Origin: Amoebidium appalachense
Taxonomy: Eukaryota; Protista; Ichthyosporea
Length of the DNA: 24,496 nucleotides
Direction: 5' to 3'
Assembly: GCA_963693365.1 (NCBI GenBank)
Contig: CAVNZM010000059.1
Location: forward strand, 1-24,496
In this document: piece by piece, positions 9,019 through 17,788 of the stretch
Position numbering within the stretch: position 1 is the stretch's first letter
Layout: the number at the start of each line of letters is the position of its first letter
The notes under the pieces: model-generated
The model's input: the letters and a program-made list of their open reading frames with translations, nothing else
What the model was told of the DNA's origin: nothing
The model's database searches: none
Position numbers and translations under genes: made by a program

Positions 9019-10644
9019 CTACTGCGCTTGCTCCTGACTGCCCTTCTTGAACACGCTCATGACGAGGTCCCTTGTCAAGTCGTCTTCCATGTGCTCCCTC
9101 GCCATCTCCAGCATGGCCGCAGCAAAAGTCACAAAGTCCACACGGAACAGCTCGCGCTCGACGTTCTTGTGTTTGAGTGCTGTGTGCAGGCACTTCTCCG
9201 CAAGCGCCAGCTGCTCGGACGGCACGGGCAGCGCAAAGAGCAGGCGCCTGTTGGGTCCCACATGCCACGTACCGGCCTGCTTCATGCGGCCCTTCACGTC
9301 CTTCAGACTGAGTCCGATTTTCAGGCAGGGCGGGTCGCCATACTCGGACACGAACACGTAGATGCCGGACTGCTGCTTGGTGCACACGTGGTTGGTGACC
9401 CGGCGCAGCTCCTCGCTGGCATCCTCGTATTCGGGTGGGATGTGGTCCTGCTTGATGCTGTCTGTTGCCTGGAGCTCCAAAAGCCGGCACTGCGCCTCGA
9501 GTTGCAGGCGCTCCTCCCGGATCACACCTGCGCGCTTGTCACACAGAGCGCCTTCCTCGCGCATCATCATGATCTCCGTGTACTGTGCAGATTCGGCGAT
9601 GCGCGCCTCCTTGTACAGACTCAGTGCAGTTTCCATCTCGGCCTGGTTGGTCATGAACTGGGTGATGTCTCCGAGCTTCAGTCTCTTGGGCTCCCTCTCG
9701 GGTGTCCCGTCGGCATCCATTTCTGCTCGCACACTGTCACGCATGAAAGCGTTGGGTCCTGACGGGTTGGCTTCTGCTGCGGCACGGTTGCGCTCGATGT
9801 CCTCCACGAGTGTTTCGTCTCCACCTTCCAGGCGCGCTATATCTTGAGCCCACTTGTCAACGAGGGCAGATCCATAGCGCGAGCCGGATGCCATCTTGAA
9901 GGTCAGTTTCACCAACGATGAAGCAGGAACACCAATCGAGGGTCGCTTTGAATCGCCGAACCTCAAAGGCCTCATGTTGAGGCCTTTGATTTCCTCTTCA
10001 TTCTCATAATGTCGTCTGACATACTCAGCGGCCGCATGTCTGTCTAAATTGCGCACTAGCATTGCATAATCAACAAGACTGGCGTATTTAACACCTTCGG
10101 ATTGAGCAACTCGCACTACATAGTCACCAATGCAGATGGTGTCGCCTTTTTTTGCGGCGACCTCGTTTCCGGTTAGCATAGCTAAGCCTTCGTCGTGTTC
10201 CGTTGGCATGGTTTGTGAAAGTGAGGTTTGGGGTTGTGTGTCTGGTTCTTTTATACCCACCCAATCCTTGTGTGACAAAAGTCGTGCAACGTACTTGGCA
10301 CAGGTCTTGCGGAACTCGTGCGCGCGCTTGCCAGGGAGCATGAAGATGATCTCGATGAGGACCTTGAAAGGAGCGACAGGTGTAACAATTCCCTTTCCGT
10401 TTATGCGGACCTTGTTGCTGCGAGCAACAAGGTCCTTAACGGTCGACTCCTTGCTTGCCTGCATATCAAACCATGCAGACCTTGCAGCATTTGACGAGCC
10501 AAGCACAATGGTGGCGGTATCCAGGACGCTACCCTGTGCATCCTTGCCCTTTCCATGGATCCTATATTGGGCATCCTTGAACTGGGGGAACTCCTTCCAC
10601 AGAAGCGACATGTCCACCTTTGAGTTGCTCTGTCCGGTAGCCAT
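9019..10644 (-). CDS. Virus-type DNA-binding protein: two Bro-N-like domains, a coiled coil and a C-terminal T5orf172 (GIY-YIG-like) domain
   Basis: RINGKGIVTPVA..LIEIIFMLPGKRAHEFRK; a second diverged domain ending RLEGGDETLVEDIERN; NLS-like EPKRLK; C-terminal GIYVF..CLKIGLS..VKGRMKQ..AEKCLHTALK..RELFRV. Confidence 0.8.
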   Translation of the reverse strand: MATGQSNSKVDMSLLWKEFPQFKDAQYRIHGKGKDAQGSVLDTATIVLGSSNAARSAWFDMQASKESTVKDLVARSNKVRINGKGIVTPVAPFKVLIEIIFMLPGKRAHEFRKTCAKYVARLLSHKDWVGIKEPDTQPQTSLSQTMPTEHDEGLAMLTGNEVAAKKGDTICIGDYVVRVAQSEGVKYASLVDYAMLVRNLDRHAAAEYVRRHYENEEEIKGLNMRPLRFGDSKRPSIGVPASSLVKLTFKMASGSRYGSALVDKWAQDIARLEGGDETLVEDIERNRAAAEANPSGPNAFMRDSVRAEMDADGTPEREPKRLKLGDITQFMTNQAEMETALSLYKEARIAESAQYTEIMMMREEGALCDKRAGVIREERLQLEAQCRLLELQATDSIKQDHIPPEYEDASEELRRVTNHVCTKQQSGIYVFVSEYGDPPCLKIGLSLKDVKGRMKQAGTWHVGPNRRLLFALPVPSEQLALAEKCLHTALKHKNVERELFRVDFVTFAAAMLEMAREHMEDDLTRDLVMSVFKKGSQEQAQ

Positions 10645-10681
10645 GCTGTGTCAGACTGACCCCAGTTGGCTGTGTGTGCTC

Positions 10682-10690
10682 CTTATATAC
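10682..10690 (-). promoter_or_regulatory. TATA box GTATATAAG ~38 bp upstream of ATG 10644
   Basis: The same 9-mer recurs at 10838-10846 and 23630-23638, all intergenic. Confidence 0.55.
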
Positions 10691-10904
10691 CTGCGCACCC
10701 TCAGTCGTGCCGAGAATGCTGGCAGCAACAATCGACTGGTTTACGGGGGAGGGGGGGTATGATTTCTCCGCAATGCAAACAAATTTGTGCGCGCATACAC
10801 AGGCATGCGCTCGGACGACACCTTGGGGGTGGCCCTGCTTATATACGCGTGCTGCACCATCCGGGGCGCAGTCGCACACACACACGCACTGCGTGATATA
10901 TTTA

Positions 10905-11423
10905 TCATTCTCTACGCAGCCGCCTATTTTTCTTTGCTGGTTCGTATAGCTGCAGCGACAGGATGTCGCAGCCCGTGTCGTGCCAAACAAAGTCCTTCAG
11001 AAAGTCGATTCGCAGAAGGGTTGTTCGCTGGCTCGAAGCCTTCAGGGGGACGGCACGTCCCTCCCCCATCCCTTCGTTCTCAGTTGGGTCCCTCGGTGGC
11101 AGCAGCGACAGCGTGGTGTCCCAGCGCTCCCAGGTCAGCCGGAACGACTTGCCCCAATCTAGGTCGATGGTCACCGCATCCCCGGCCCCCTCCAGCGGAC
11201 ACGTCGAAAACACCAGGTGGTTGAGTCCGTCTCGATTCGATGATTCGACCGATTGCAGCGGCAGCATCGTGTCCGACAGCATCGTGTCGCCCTTGCCGAG
11301 TCGCGCGTGGAGCTGTAGCGGCCGGCTCGCCACCCTCCCGGCGCCGTGTGAGTCGAACGTCATGCTCGAGACAAACAGCGAAAGTCTATTCACGAACAGC
11401 TTCAGGTCCTGCTCAAAAGCCAT
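10905..11423 (-). CDS. Hypothetical protein, 172 aa, with a basic C-terminus
   Basis: AACATGG start context; TATAAAAAG at 11474-11482(-) ~50 bp upstream; ends AKKNRRLRRE. Confidence 0.6.
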   Translation of the reverse strand: MAFEQDLKLFVNRLSLFVSSMTFDSHGAGRVASRPLQLHARLGKGDTMLSDTMLPLQSVESSNRDGLNHLVFSTCPLEGAGDAVTIDLDWGKSFRLTWERWDTTLSLLPPRDPTENEGMGEGRAVPLKASSQRTTLLRIDFLKDFVWHDTGCDILSLQLYEPAKKNRRLRRE

Positions 11424-11799
11424 GTTCAGTTCTGGTGCAGATGCAGACTGGCAGCTCTCCGCGTCCAACACGGCTTTTTATACCCTTCCCGACTTGCGCC
11501 TGCGTCGGCGCACACTCGCCCGCAAGGTGCCAGTTCTCGAGGCGCTGCACGACCATGAGTGCACGCTTGCGTGTTTCGGTGTGTGTGTGCGCGGGGCCGA
11601 CTCGGGATGTGAGGTGCTGAGCGTGCGCTGCTGCACCAGCATGTGGACTGCAGGTGTGCGCCCGGGAGACATTGTGGTGGCGTGCGAGATCAAGCGCGCA
11701 GAGCCCGGGTGGCGCAAGGTGTATCTCGAGCTCGAGGAGGGCGCGTGGACCAGCAACCAATGTGCCGCAGGGTGTAAGCGGAGAAAGTGGTTTCACTAG
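11422..11799 (+). CDS. Small protein with a PDZ-like segment, 125 aa
   Basis: FGVCVRGADSGCEVLSVRCCTSMWTAGVRPGDIVVAC resembles the PDZ pattern (G-phi-x-phi-RG ... V..V...S.A..AG-phi-RPGD-x-phi-phi); nearest upstream in-frame ATG is 11422. Confidence 0.45.
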   Translation: MFSSGADADWQLSASNTAFYTLPDLRLRRRTLARKVPVLEALHDHECTLACFGVCVRGADSGCEVLSVRCCTSMWTAGVRPGDIVVACEIKRAEPGWRKVYLELEEGAWTSNQCAAGCKRRKWFH

Positions 11800-11818
11800 G
11801 GTGTTTTCGCAGTCGGAG

Positions 11819-11980
11819 ATGGACATTTTTCGGACAAGGGGCATGCCACACCGAAGAGGTCGGTCAAAAAGGAGAGGTCATAGGCGTATTGAGAAGTACG
11901 TGTATGCCGACGCGCTCATGCCGAAATACCGGAGACTGGTGCTCCGACAGAGCGTGCGAGTAAAGCGGAAAACGGACTGA
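11819..11980 (+). CDS. Small Arg/Lys-rich protein, 53 aa
   Basis: MDIFRTRGMPHRRGRSKRRGHRRIEK...RVKRKTD; starts 20 bp after the preceding stop. Confidence 0.35.
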   Translation: MDIFRTRGMPHRRGRSKRRGHRRIEKYVYADALMPKYRRLVLRQSVRVKRKTD

Positions 11981-12059
11981 GATTTATTCTGTCGATATCG
12001 ATGTTGGAAAAATCACATACCATTATGCACATAACCACCGACCCGAATTAAGTTTGACA

Positions 12060-12217
12060 ACCCGAGGTTACATCAATGACAAATATACGATTCTACAACA
12101 ACCCCGAATGAATTCTATCGCTTGCACACGAAACAAGTACCCGAGATTACATCAATAATAAATATACGATTCTACAACAACCCCGAATGAATTCTATCGC
12201 TTGTCACGAAATAAGTT
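12060..12217. repeat. 79-bp direct repeat x2 between convergent genes
   Basis: acccgag(g/a)ttacatcaat..aaatatacgattctacaacaaccccgaatgaattctatcgcttg at 12060 and 12139. Confidence 0.92.
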
Positions 12218-12259
12218 CCGTAAAAGAGCACACAGACACAGCATCACCACGGCCATCCC

Positions 12260-13670
12260 CTACGGGCCCTGCTTCTGGCAGTCCTTCTTGTGCTCACCCC
12301 AATCGCGGGTCTGGCAGTCCCTGCTGCAGTAGTAGACGTGCTTACAGGCCGAGCACTTCTTGGTGCGCCCGGTCGAGCCGCAGGTGGCACAGACGACAGA
12401 GGGCAGCTTGTCGATGAAGTGCTTGACGGCCCGGTTGCACCATTCATACATACACATGTTGTCCATGTCGTACTCCGTGGACACGGGAAGAGTGCTCACC
12501 GCAAACTCCGCAATCTGCACAACAGCCTCGGGCGTGGTGTGCTCGAGGCCGGAAGACGCGCACAGTACATGAAGCATCATTCTGAAGACAATACCGGCGC
12601 CCGTGCTGATGTTTCCGGCATACAGGGCATTGTAGTCCCGCTCCTCCAGCACGTAGCGGTGGAAGACACAGTAGTGCCTAAAACACGCGAAGTAGGCAGC
12701 CATGTTGCGTTCGGCCGCAGTCACCGTTGGGTCGTTCACCCATCTCCGCTCCTCTATAGCACGCATCTCGCCCGCCAGGGTAGCCTCGCATTCCATGTAG
12801 CGCTCCTTGTTGCGAAACACACGCAGGTCGCCGCACTCCAGAACTTTTAGCATCAGGTTGCAGACCGGGTCCGAGTGGAAACGCAAGTGGCTGTCCATGG
12901 TGTAGACCACGACCTCGTTTTTCGACACCGTTGGGTCTTGGTGGGTGGGTTGCTCCTTGCAGTCCTTCTTGTGCTCGGGCCACTTTTGTTTCATACGGAT
13001 GTCATTGCAGAAGTAGGCGTTTCTGCAGCGGGTGCACTTCTTTGTGTCGACGGGCGAGCGGCACTGGAGACATGACACGGAAGGCAACTCGTTCACAAAG
13101 TGCTCGACGGCCCGGTTAGCCCAATCATTGTACACCACGTCGTCAATGTCCTTGCATAACGTATACGTACGCAAGGCGGAAGTGGCCGGCTCTTGACTGA
13201 AGTGGGCAGGGGGTCGGGCCTTGAGACCGGACCGCTCGCATAGCGCCGTCCCCACGAGCATGAAGAAGTCCTGAACCCCTTGACCGAGCGTGCCCTCGTG
13301 GAGAGCCTCATGGTCCGGATTCCCCAGCACGTAGCGCTGGAAGGCGGCGTACATTGGGAACGCGATGGAGTGCAGACAAGTGTCCCAGAGGGGGCGGCAC
13401 CCGCCCAGGCCCGTGGGGTTGTCTCTCCAAATGCAGCAGCAAAGTTTTCATGTCGTTTTCAAGGACTGAACGGAACGCAGCGAAGCTCTCCCGTGTTTCG
13501 AAGATGCGGAGGTCGCCGTCTCTCGCAACTTCCAGCAGCCGAGCGCTGACAGGGTCCCGGTGGAGCCGATACTTGTCGTCCACGGCATAGACGACGACCT
13601 TGTCCGTGTCCGAGCCGGGGGGCCGGACGATGAAAGGCAAAGCCACGGCCTCTTCAGGTGTTTGGTCCAT
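12260..13670 (-). CDS. Tandem-duplicated [unknown domain + MYND zinc finger] x2 protein, interrupted by a 1-nt frameshift near 13445 (error or pseudogene)
   Basis: MYND2 is canonical: CATC..KKCSACKHVYYCSRDCQTRDWGEHKKDC. MYND1 lacks one Cys: CLQC..KKCTRCRNAYFCNDIRMKQKWPEHKKDC. The upstream ORF's VVVYAVDDKYRLHRDPV..GDLRIF matches the internal VVVYTMDSHLRFHSDPV..GDLRVF; after the shift, WRDNPT matches WVNDPT. Confidence 0.8.
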
Positions 13671-13822
13671 GCTTGTGCGTGAATGCCAGCGTGTGGTGAT
13701 TTGTCTAGTGAAACGATCCGCTAAGAAAGGCGAGAAAGAGGGACGTGGTGAGATGTCTGGCAACAATCGTTTGGCTGGGAGTTGTTGTGAGGGAGAATGT
13801 GTGAAAGCGTGAAAGTGACAGG

Positions 13823-14075
13823 ATTGGCCTCGTGTTGGTCTCTTATGTAGGATCGGTTTTCAGAAAGTACTGGTATGGCATGTCCACAGCGCCATTTGAT
13901 TGGAGTTCAATTCGCGCGCTGATTGGTTGGCAGGGATGGTGATCTAGGTTGAGCTAATGTGATTGGTTCGCAAAATTCTCACAGCATTGAAGTGAGCCGC
14001 GATAATTAATTTGATTGGTAGATTTGCATATCCGATCTGACAGCCAATTTTGATCTTAGTCATGATTACACCAAT
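13823..14075. promoter_or_regulatory. CCAAT-box cluster in a divergent promoter, with E2F-like and octamer motifs
   Basis: ATTGG at 13823, 13899, 13922, 13962 and 14014; CCAAT at 14044 and 14071; TTCGCGCG at 13911; ATTTGCAT at 14022. Confidence 0.55.
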
Positions 14076-14175
14076 CAAAACGCGATAGCTGTCAGCCCTG
14101 AGAAGCGCAGCCGTGCTGGACACGACCAGTAAATAAAAATTGCCACTTCCTCTTCCACACCTGTGTTGTGGACCG

Positions 14176-14248
14176 TAGCGCTTGCATGCATGGTGCTGCT
14201 CGTGCTGCTTGCCGCGTGCTGGCGCTCAGGGGGGGGGGGGGGGGGGGG
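14176..14248 (+). repeat. Degenerate copy of the 3' end of the 14484-14801 gene plus a G-tract
   Basis: tagcgcttgcatgcatggtgctgctcgtgctgct is identical at 14176 and 14740; both copies are followed by poly-G. Confidence 0.85.
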
Positions 14249-14483
14249 TCTTGTTGTTTGTGTTAATGCACCGACAGCGTGCCCTTTGTGACACTTGCAG
14301 TGGGTTGTTGTTGTTGCCTTTTACAACCACCGCTCTGGACACAAGATCGAACAGCTATCAAATTGACCATATATATGACAAAGAAAAACAAGGTTGCCAA
14401 AGATCATTGTAGCAGTGCGTCCTCCGTCTTGGCGCGCCCTACGTCCCAGCGGTTTTTAGGTTCCATTAGCACTGCGATGCATA

Positions 14484-14801
14484 ATGTCTGTGTGTGCTCC
14501 CCGAGTTGCTGGGGAGGGGGCGCTCCAAAGTATCTCTTCGGAAGGTATGACTTCTCCGAACATTGCAAACCTGAGATTTGACAACCCGAGTAACTCGTGG
14601 TTGCGCAGGGATGACATTGCCGCCGACCCGCACGAGTACCACCTGACCATCGACAACAGCACGCGCTTCATGCTCTACATGGGCACTTCATTGGACGACC
14701 ATGATGCACAGCTCAAGAGGGCTTCGATGTGGAGGGGCATAGCGCTTGCATGCATGGTGCTGCTCGTGCTGCTCGCTGGCGTGCTGGTGTACAGGTGGTA
14801 G
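14484..14801 (+). CDS. Small tail-anchored membrane protein, 105 aa
   Basis: C-terminal TM segment GIALACMVLLVLLAGVLVYRW. Confidence 0.6.
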   Translation: MSVCAPRVAGEGALQSISSEGMTSPNIANLRFDNPSNSWLRRDDIAADPHEYHLTIDNSTRFMLYMGTSLDDHDAQLKRASMWRGIALACMVLLVLLAGVLVYRW

Positions 14802-14850
14802 GGGGGGGGGGGGGAGGGGCCCACATTCATTTTCTACCCTTTCTTTAGCA

Positions 14851-15288
14851 ATGGCTGAACCATGCAGACCCCCACACAAGAGAGCATTTCCATGCACCGA
14901 CTGTGCCCAAACGTTCACCACAAACGCAAACATGAAAAGACACCGTGCCGCAACACACTCCGAGAAACGCCCTTACACGTGCCCCCATGAAGGCTGCTTT
15001 GCTACCTTTACCCGCAGCGATTACATGAAGCTGCATGTGCGAATGCATACCGGTGAGCGGCCATACGTCTGTGACACGTGCCCGGCCGACTTCCCGTACC
15101 CTGCCGCACTGTGGTGGCACCGGCGCTTAGTCCACAAGGAAAACAAGACGCCAAAACAGCCCGTGCGGAACACCCTCAGGTGTCCGTCTGTGGGATGTAC
15201 ATCTGCGTTCAACCGGTCGGCTGCGCTCAACTGCCATGTCAGAGCCGCGCACCCCGAGCTGGTGGGTTCAGCATCCGAGCCGATATAA
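14851..15288 (+). CDS. Stand-alone C2H2 zinc-finger protein (4 fingers, 145 aa)
   Basis: CTDC..HRAATH, SEKRPY, CPHEGC..HVRMH, TGERPY, CDTC..HRRLVH, CPSVGC..HVRAAH; ATG 14851 in GCAATGG. Confidence 0.9.
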   Translation: MAEPCRPPHKRAFPCTDCAQTFTTNANMKRHRAATHSEKRPYTCPHEGCFATFTRSDYMKLHVRMHTGERPYVCDTCPADFPYPAALWWHRRLVHKENKTPKQPVRNTLRCPSVGCTSAFNRSAALNCHVRAAHPELVGSASEPI

Positions 15289-15349
15289 ATACCCCAAACA
15301 CAAGGCGACACCCGTCAGATATTATCTAACCATATATACAACGGACAAC

Positions 15350-15844
15350 ATGGAAGATCTGTACATGAAGATAGCAACGGGTATGTCCGAGAACGAGCAG
15401 CTCAAGCTTGCAGCATACGAGGAGTTTGAGAGGACAACAGGCACTCGCAACAACTGGTTGGACGCGGACATCGTTGAGCAACACGAGTGGACGGAGGAGC
15501 AGATTCATACGTTCTGCCGTACTCTGGTGGCATATTCCCACCCGGACGGTGCGTACATCTTCAAGCGTTTCAAGGATGGGAGATTCGTCTTCGAGATCAA
15601 GTCGAAGAAGAATGTGGCCGACATGCTGTCCAAGTACAAGTTCAAATACAACCCGACAGGCAAGAAGATAAAGATATACAAGGGATCGTGGCACTTGGAC
15701 AGCAGTCATATGGTCGTTTACCACGGTGGCATCGTCTTCGACCGCAACGACCCCGATCCCGAGACTGGCGTTCGCAACCCGCGTTACACGTCTACCCATA
15801 GCCGGACGTTCAACATTTTCCAGGGCGACGCATCGAAAAATTGA
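15350..15844 (+). CDS. 164-aa paralogue of the N-terminal domain of the adjacent helicase (no ATPase domain)
   Basis: EWTEEQIHTF..YIFKRF matches EWAREEVEEF..FVLKTF; IVFDRNDPDPETGVRNP..FNIFQG matches IIFDPADPDPKTGKRKP..YNIYRG; TATAAAT at 15284; AACATGG start. Confidence 0.75.
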   Translation: MEDLYMKIATGMSENEQLKLAAYEEFERTTGTRNNWLDADIVEQHEWTEEQIHTFCRTLVAYSHPDGAYIFKRFKDGRFVFEIKSKKNVADMLSKYKFKYNPTGKKIKIYKGSWHLDSSHMVVYHGGIVFDRNDPDPETGVRNPRYTSTHSRTFNIFQGDASKN

Positions 15845-15949
15845 GAGTTTTCTGGACCCGGCAGCCCCAACCCCAAGGGTATAAAAGGCAGAAAATTCAG
15901 TATTTTCCAGCAGTGTCCCTGCGTAAATATTTTCTCAGCAATACTAATA

Positions 15950-17476
15950 ATGCAGACACACCAACAAACTGGACAAGAGACAATGTTTGGCATCGATCAA
16001 GAGCGTATCAGAAAGAGAAGCAAAGAGCGCTTTGAAGCATTTGAGTATCTCGGGGCTGATGCCTATAAGGGGCTGATGATGAACCCAGCGACCTGCGAAT
16101 TCAGAGAGTGGGCGAGAGAGGAGGTGGAGGAATTCATAGGCGCCAATGTTGCACACATCAGCGGGACAACTCTATTTGTCCTGAAAACATTTGACCATGA
16201 GATTAAACAGCATGTTGCAAAGATCGTCAGCAAGCAGGAAATCTATGCAACACTTTCACTCTTTTCATTTCGGCAGCCAAACATGAAGGTTGGAAAACAA
16301 TGGAAGCCCCAACCTCCAATTAATGGGACAGAAATCTTAAAAACAACCGCAATCCCCATCTACACCAAGATCATCTTTGACCCAGCTGATCCTGACCCCA
16401 AAACCGGAAAACGAAAGCCAGACAATACCGATTCGGTCTATCGTCCATACAATATCTATCGAGGACTCCGTTTCAATTTTGACCCAGAGTACTGTCTGCG
16501 TCAAGACCTGACCAGCTCGTTCCACGAGCATGCCAGAAGGGTTCTGTGCAACAACCGGGAAGACGAGTACAGTTATCTGCGGATGTGGGTTGCCCACCTG
16601 TTTCAGTACCCTGGAAGCAAACCAGGTACAGCACTGCTGTTTGTATCTGAACAAGGAACCGGAAAGAACGTGTGGTGGCAGGCAATCATGGACATCCTTT
16701 CACCAGAGTACTACGCCTATGTCATTCACCGGGAGCACATGTCGGGAAAGTTCAACCAGCACATTGCAAACAAACTTCTTGTGCTGTGCGACGAGGTGAC
16801 GTGGGGTGGTTCACACGAAACTAACAACTTAATGAAGGCGCGCATTACACAGCCCACCATGATGTTGGAGAAGAAAGGATGTGATGCAATCAACACCAAC
16901 TCGTATGAGCGATATGTTGTCTTGTCTAACGAAGATTGGCCTGTACGTGTGGAGACCAGTGATAGGCGTTGGGCATGTTTTGGGGTCAGTCCGGAACGGA
17001 TTGGTGACCACAAATACTTCGAGGCCTTTGTGGAGTATCACAGACGTCCTGACGTATTGGCAGCAATTTACCACGACTTCATGAACATGCCAGACATCCC
17101 CCAAACAATGCCCAGGCCTATGGATAACGACACAAAGATGAACATCAAATCGATTAGCCGGAGCGACGAGGCTCAATTTCTCAAGGACCTCATCTCTCAC
17201 ACAAATGGCTGTGAGGAGTTTGACTTCATTTACAGCGGCTGTGCTGTTACCCCTACAGGCCTGTTTCAGCTGTACCAAGCTTGGCACAAGATCAATGCCC
17301 GAGACACAAAACTGCCAAGCAACCGGACTTTTGGGATGGCTATCAGGAAAATTCTGGGCAAGCCGAAGACTACACTGGAAGCAAACATCTGCAGATGGCC
17401 ATACCACCCCCCAACCGGTACCAGCGCGAAGGCAGATTGCTATATATTATGCCCAAGAGCCATTGCTAAGGCTTGA
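15950..17476 (+). CDS. SF3 helicase (D5/NrS-1/DUF5906-like) with a C-terminal winged helix; no recognisable primase domain
   Basis: Walker A EQGTGKN; GKFN; Walker B LVLCDE; MKARIT..LEKKG; motif C VVLSN; Arg finger SDRRW; C-terminal LFQLYQAWHKIN..SNRTFGMAIRKILG; TATAAAAGG at 15880. Confidence 0.9.
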   Translation: MQTHQQTGQETMFGIDQERIRKRSKERFEAFEYLGADAYKGLMMNPATCEFREWAREEVEEFIGANVAHISGTTLFVLKTFDHEIKQHVAKIVSKQEIYATLSLFSFRQPNMKVGKQWKPQPPINGTEILKTTAIPIYTKIIFDPADPDPKTGKRKPDNTDSVYRPYNIYRGLRFNFDPEYCLRQDLTSSFHEHARRVLCNNREDEYSYLRMWVAHLFQYPGSKPGTALLFVSEQGTGKNVWWQAIMDILSPEYYAYVIHREHMSGKFNQHIANKLLVLCDEVTWGGSHETNNLMKARITQPTMMLEKKGCDAINTNSYERYVVLSNEDWPVRVETSDRRWACFGVSPERIGDHKYFEAFVEYHRRPDVLAAIYHDFMNMPDIPQTMPRPMDNDTKMNIKSISRSDEAQFLKDLISHTNGCEEFDFIYSGCAVTPTGLFQLYQAWHKINARDTKLPSNRTFGMAIRKILGKPKTTLEANICRWPYHPPTGTSAKADCYILCPRAIAKA

Positions 17477-17482
17477 ACAATT

Positions 17483-17643
17483 CTCCCGATATCTCCAGAT
17501 CGATCTCCCGATCGAAATCCAACATCGGGAGATATCGGGAGATAATGATTGGTTAAAAGTCACGTAACTTTGCAGTTTTTCTAATTGATTTCTTACTGCT
17601 TCTATATAAGGTTATTTTATCGGGAGAATCGGGAGGTCGGGAG
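17483..17643. repeat. Inverted and direct array of the TCGGGAG heptamer (candidate iterons/origin)
   Basis: CTCCCGA at 17483 and 17505 (CTCCAGA at 17493); TCGGGAG at 17525, 17535, 17620, 17629 and 17637; AT-rich spacer at ~17542-17619. Confidence 0.7.
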
Positions 17644-17788
17644 AGGGTTTGAGCTAAGGGGAGGTCAAAAAACGGAGCCATTTGATTGGAGGATAGGGTG
17701 TTTTGGGGGTTGCGATAATCGACATCAGAGAACCCCCGATCAGTCCAGATGGTTAATATTTTTTTTTATCCAGAGTTTACAGTGAAAC

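Noticed and set aside
15236-17476. One frameshifted primase-helicase spanning both ORFs
   Set aside because: The upstream ORF is a paralogue of the helicase N-terminus, not a primase, and a TATA box plus ATG precede the helicase
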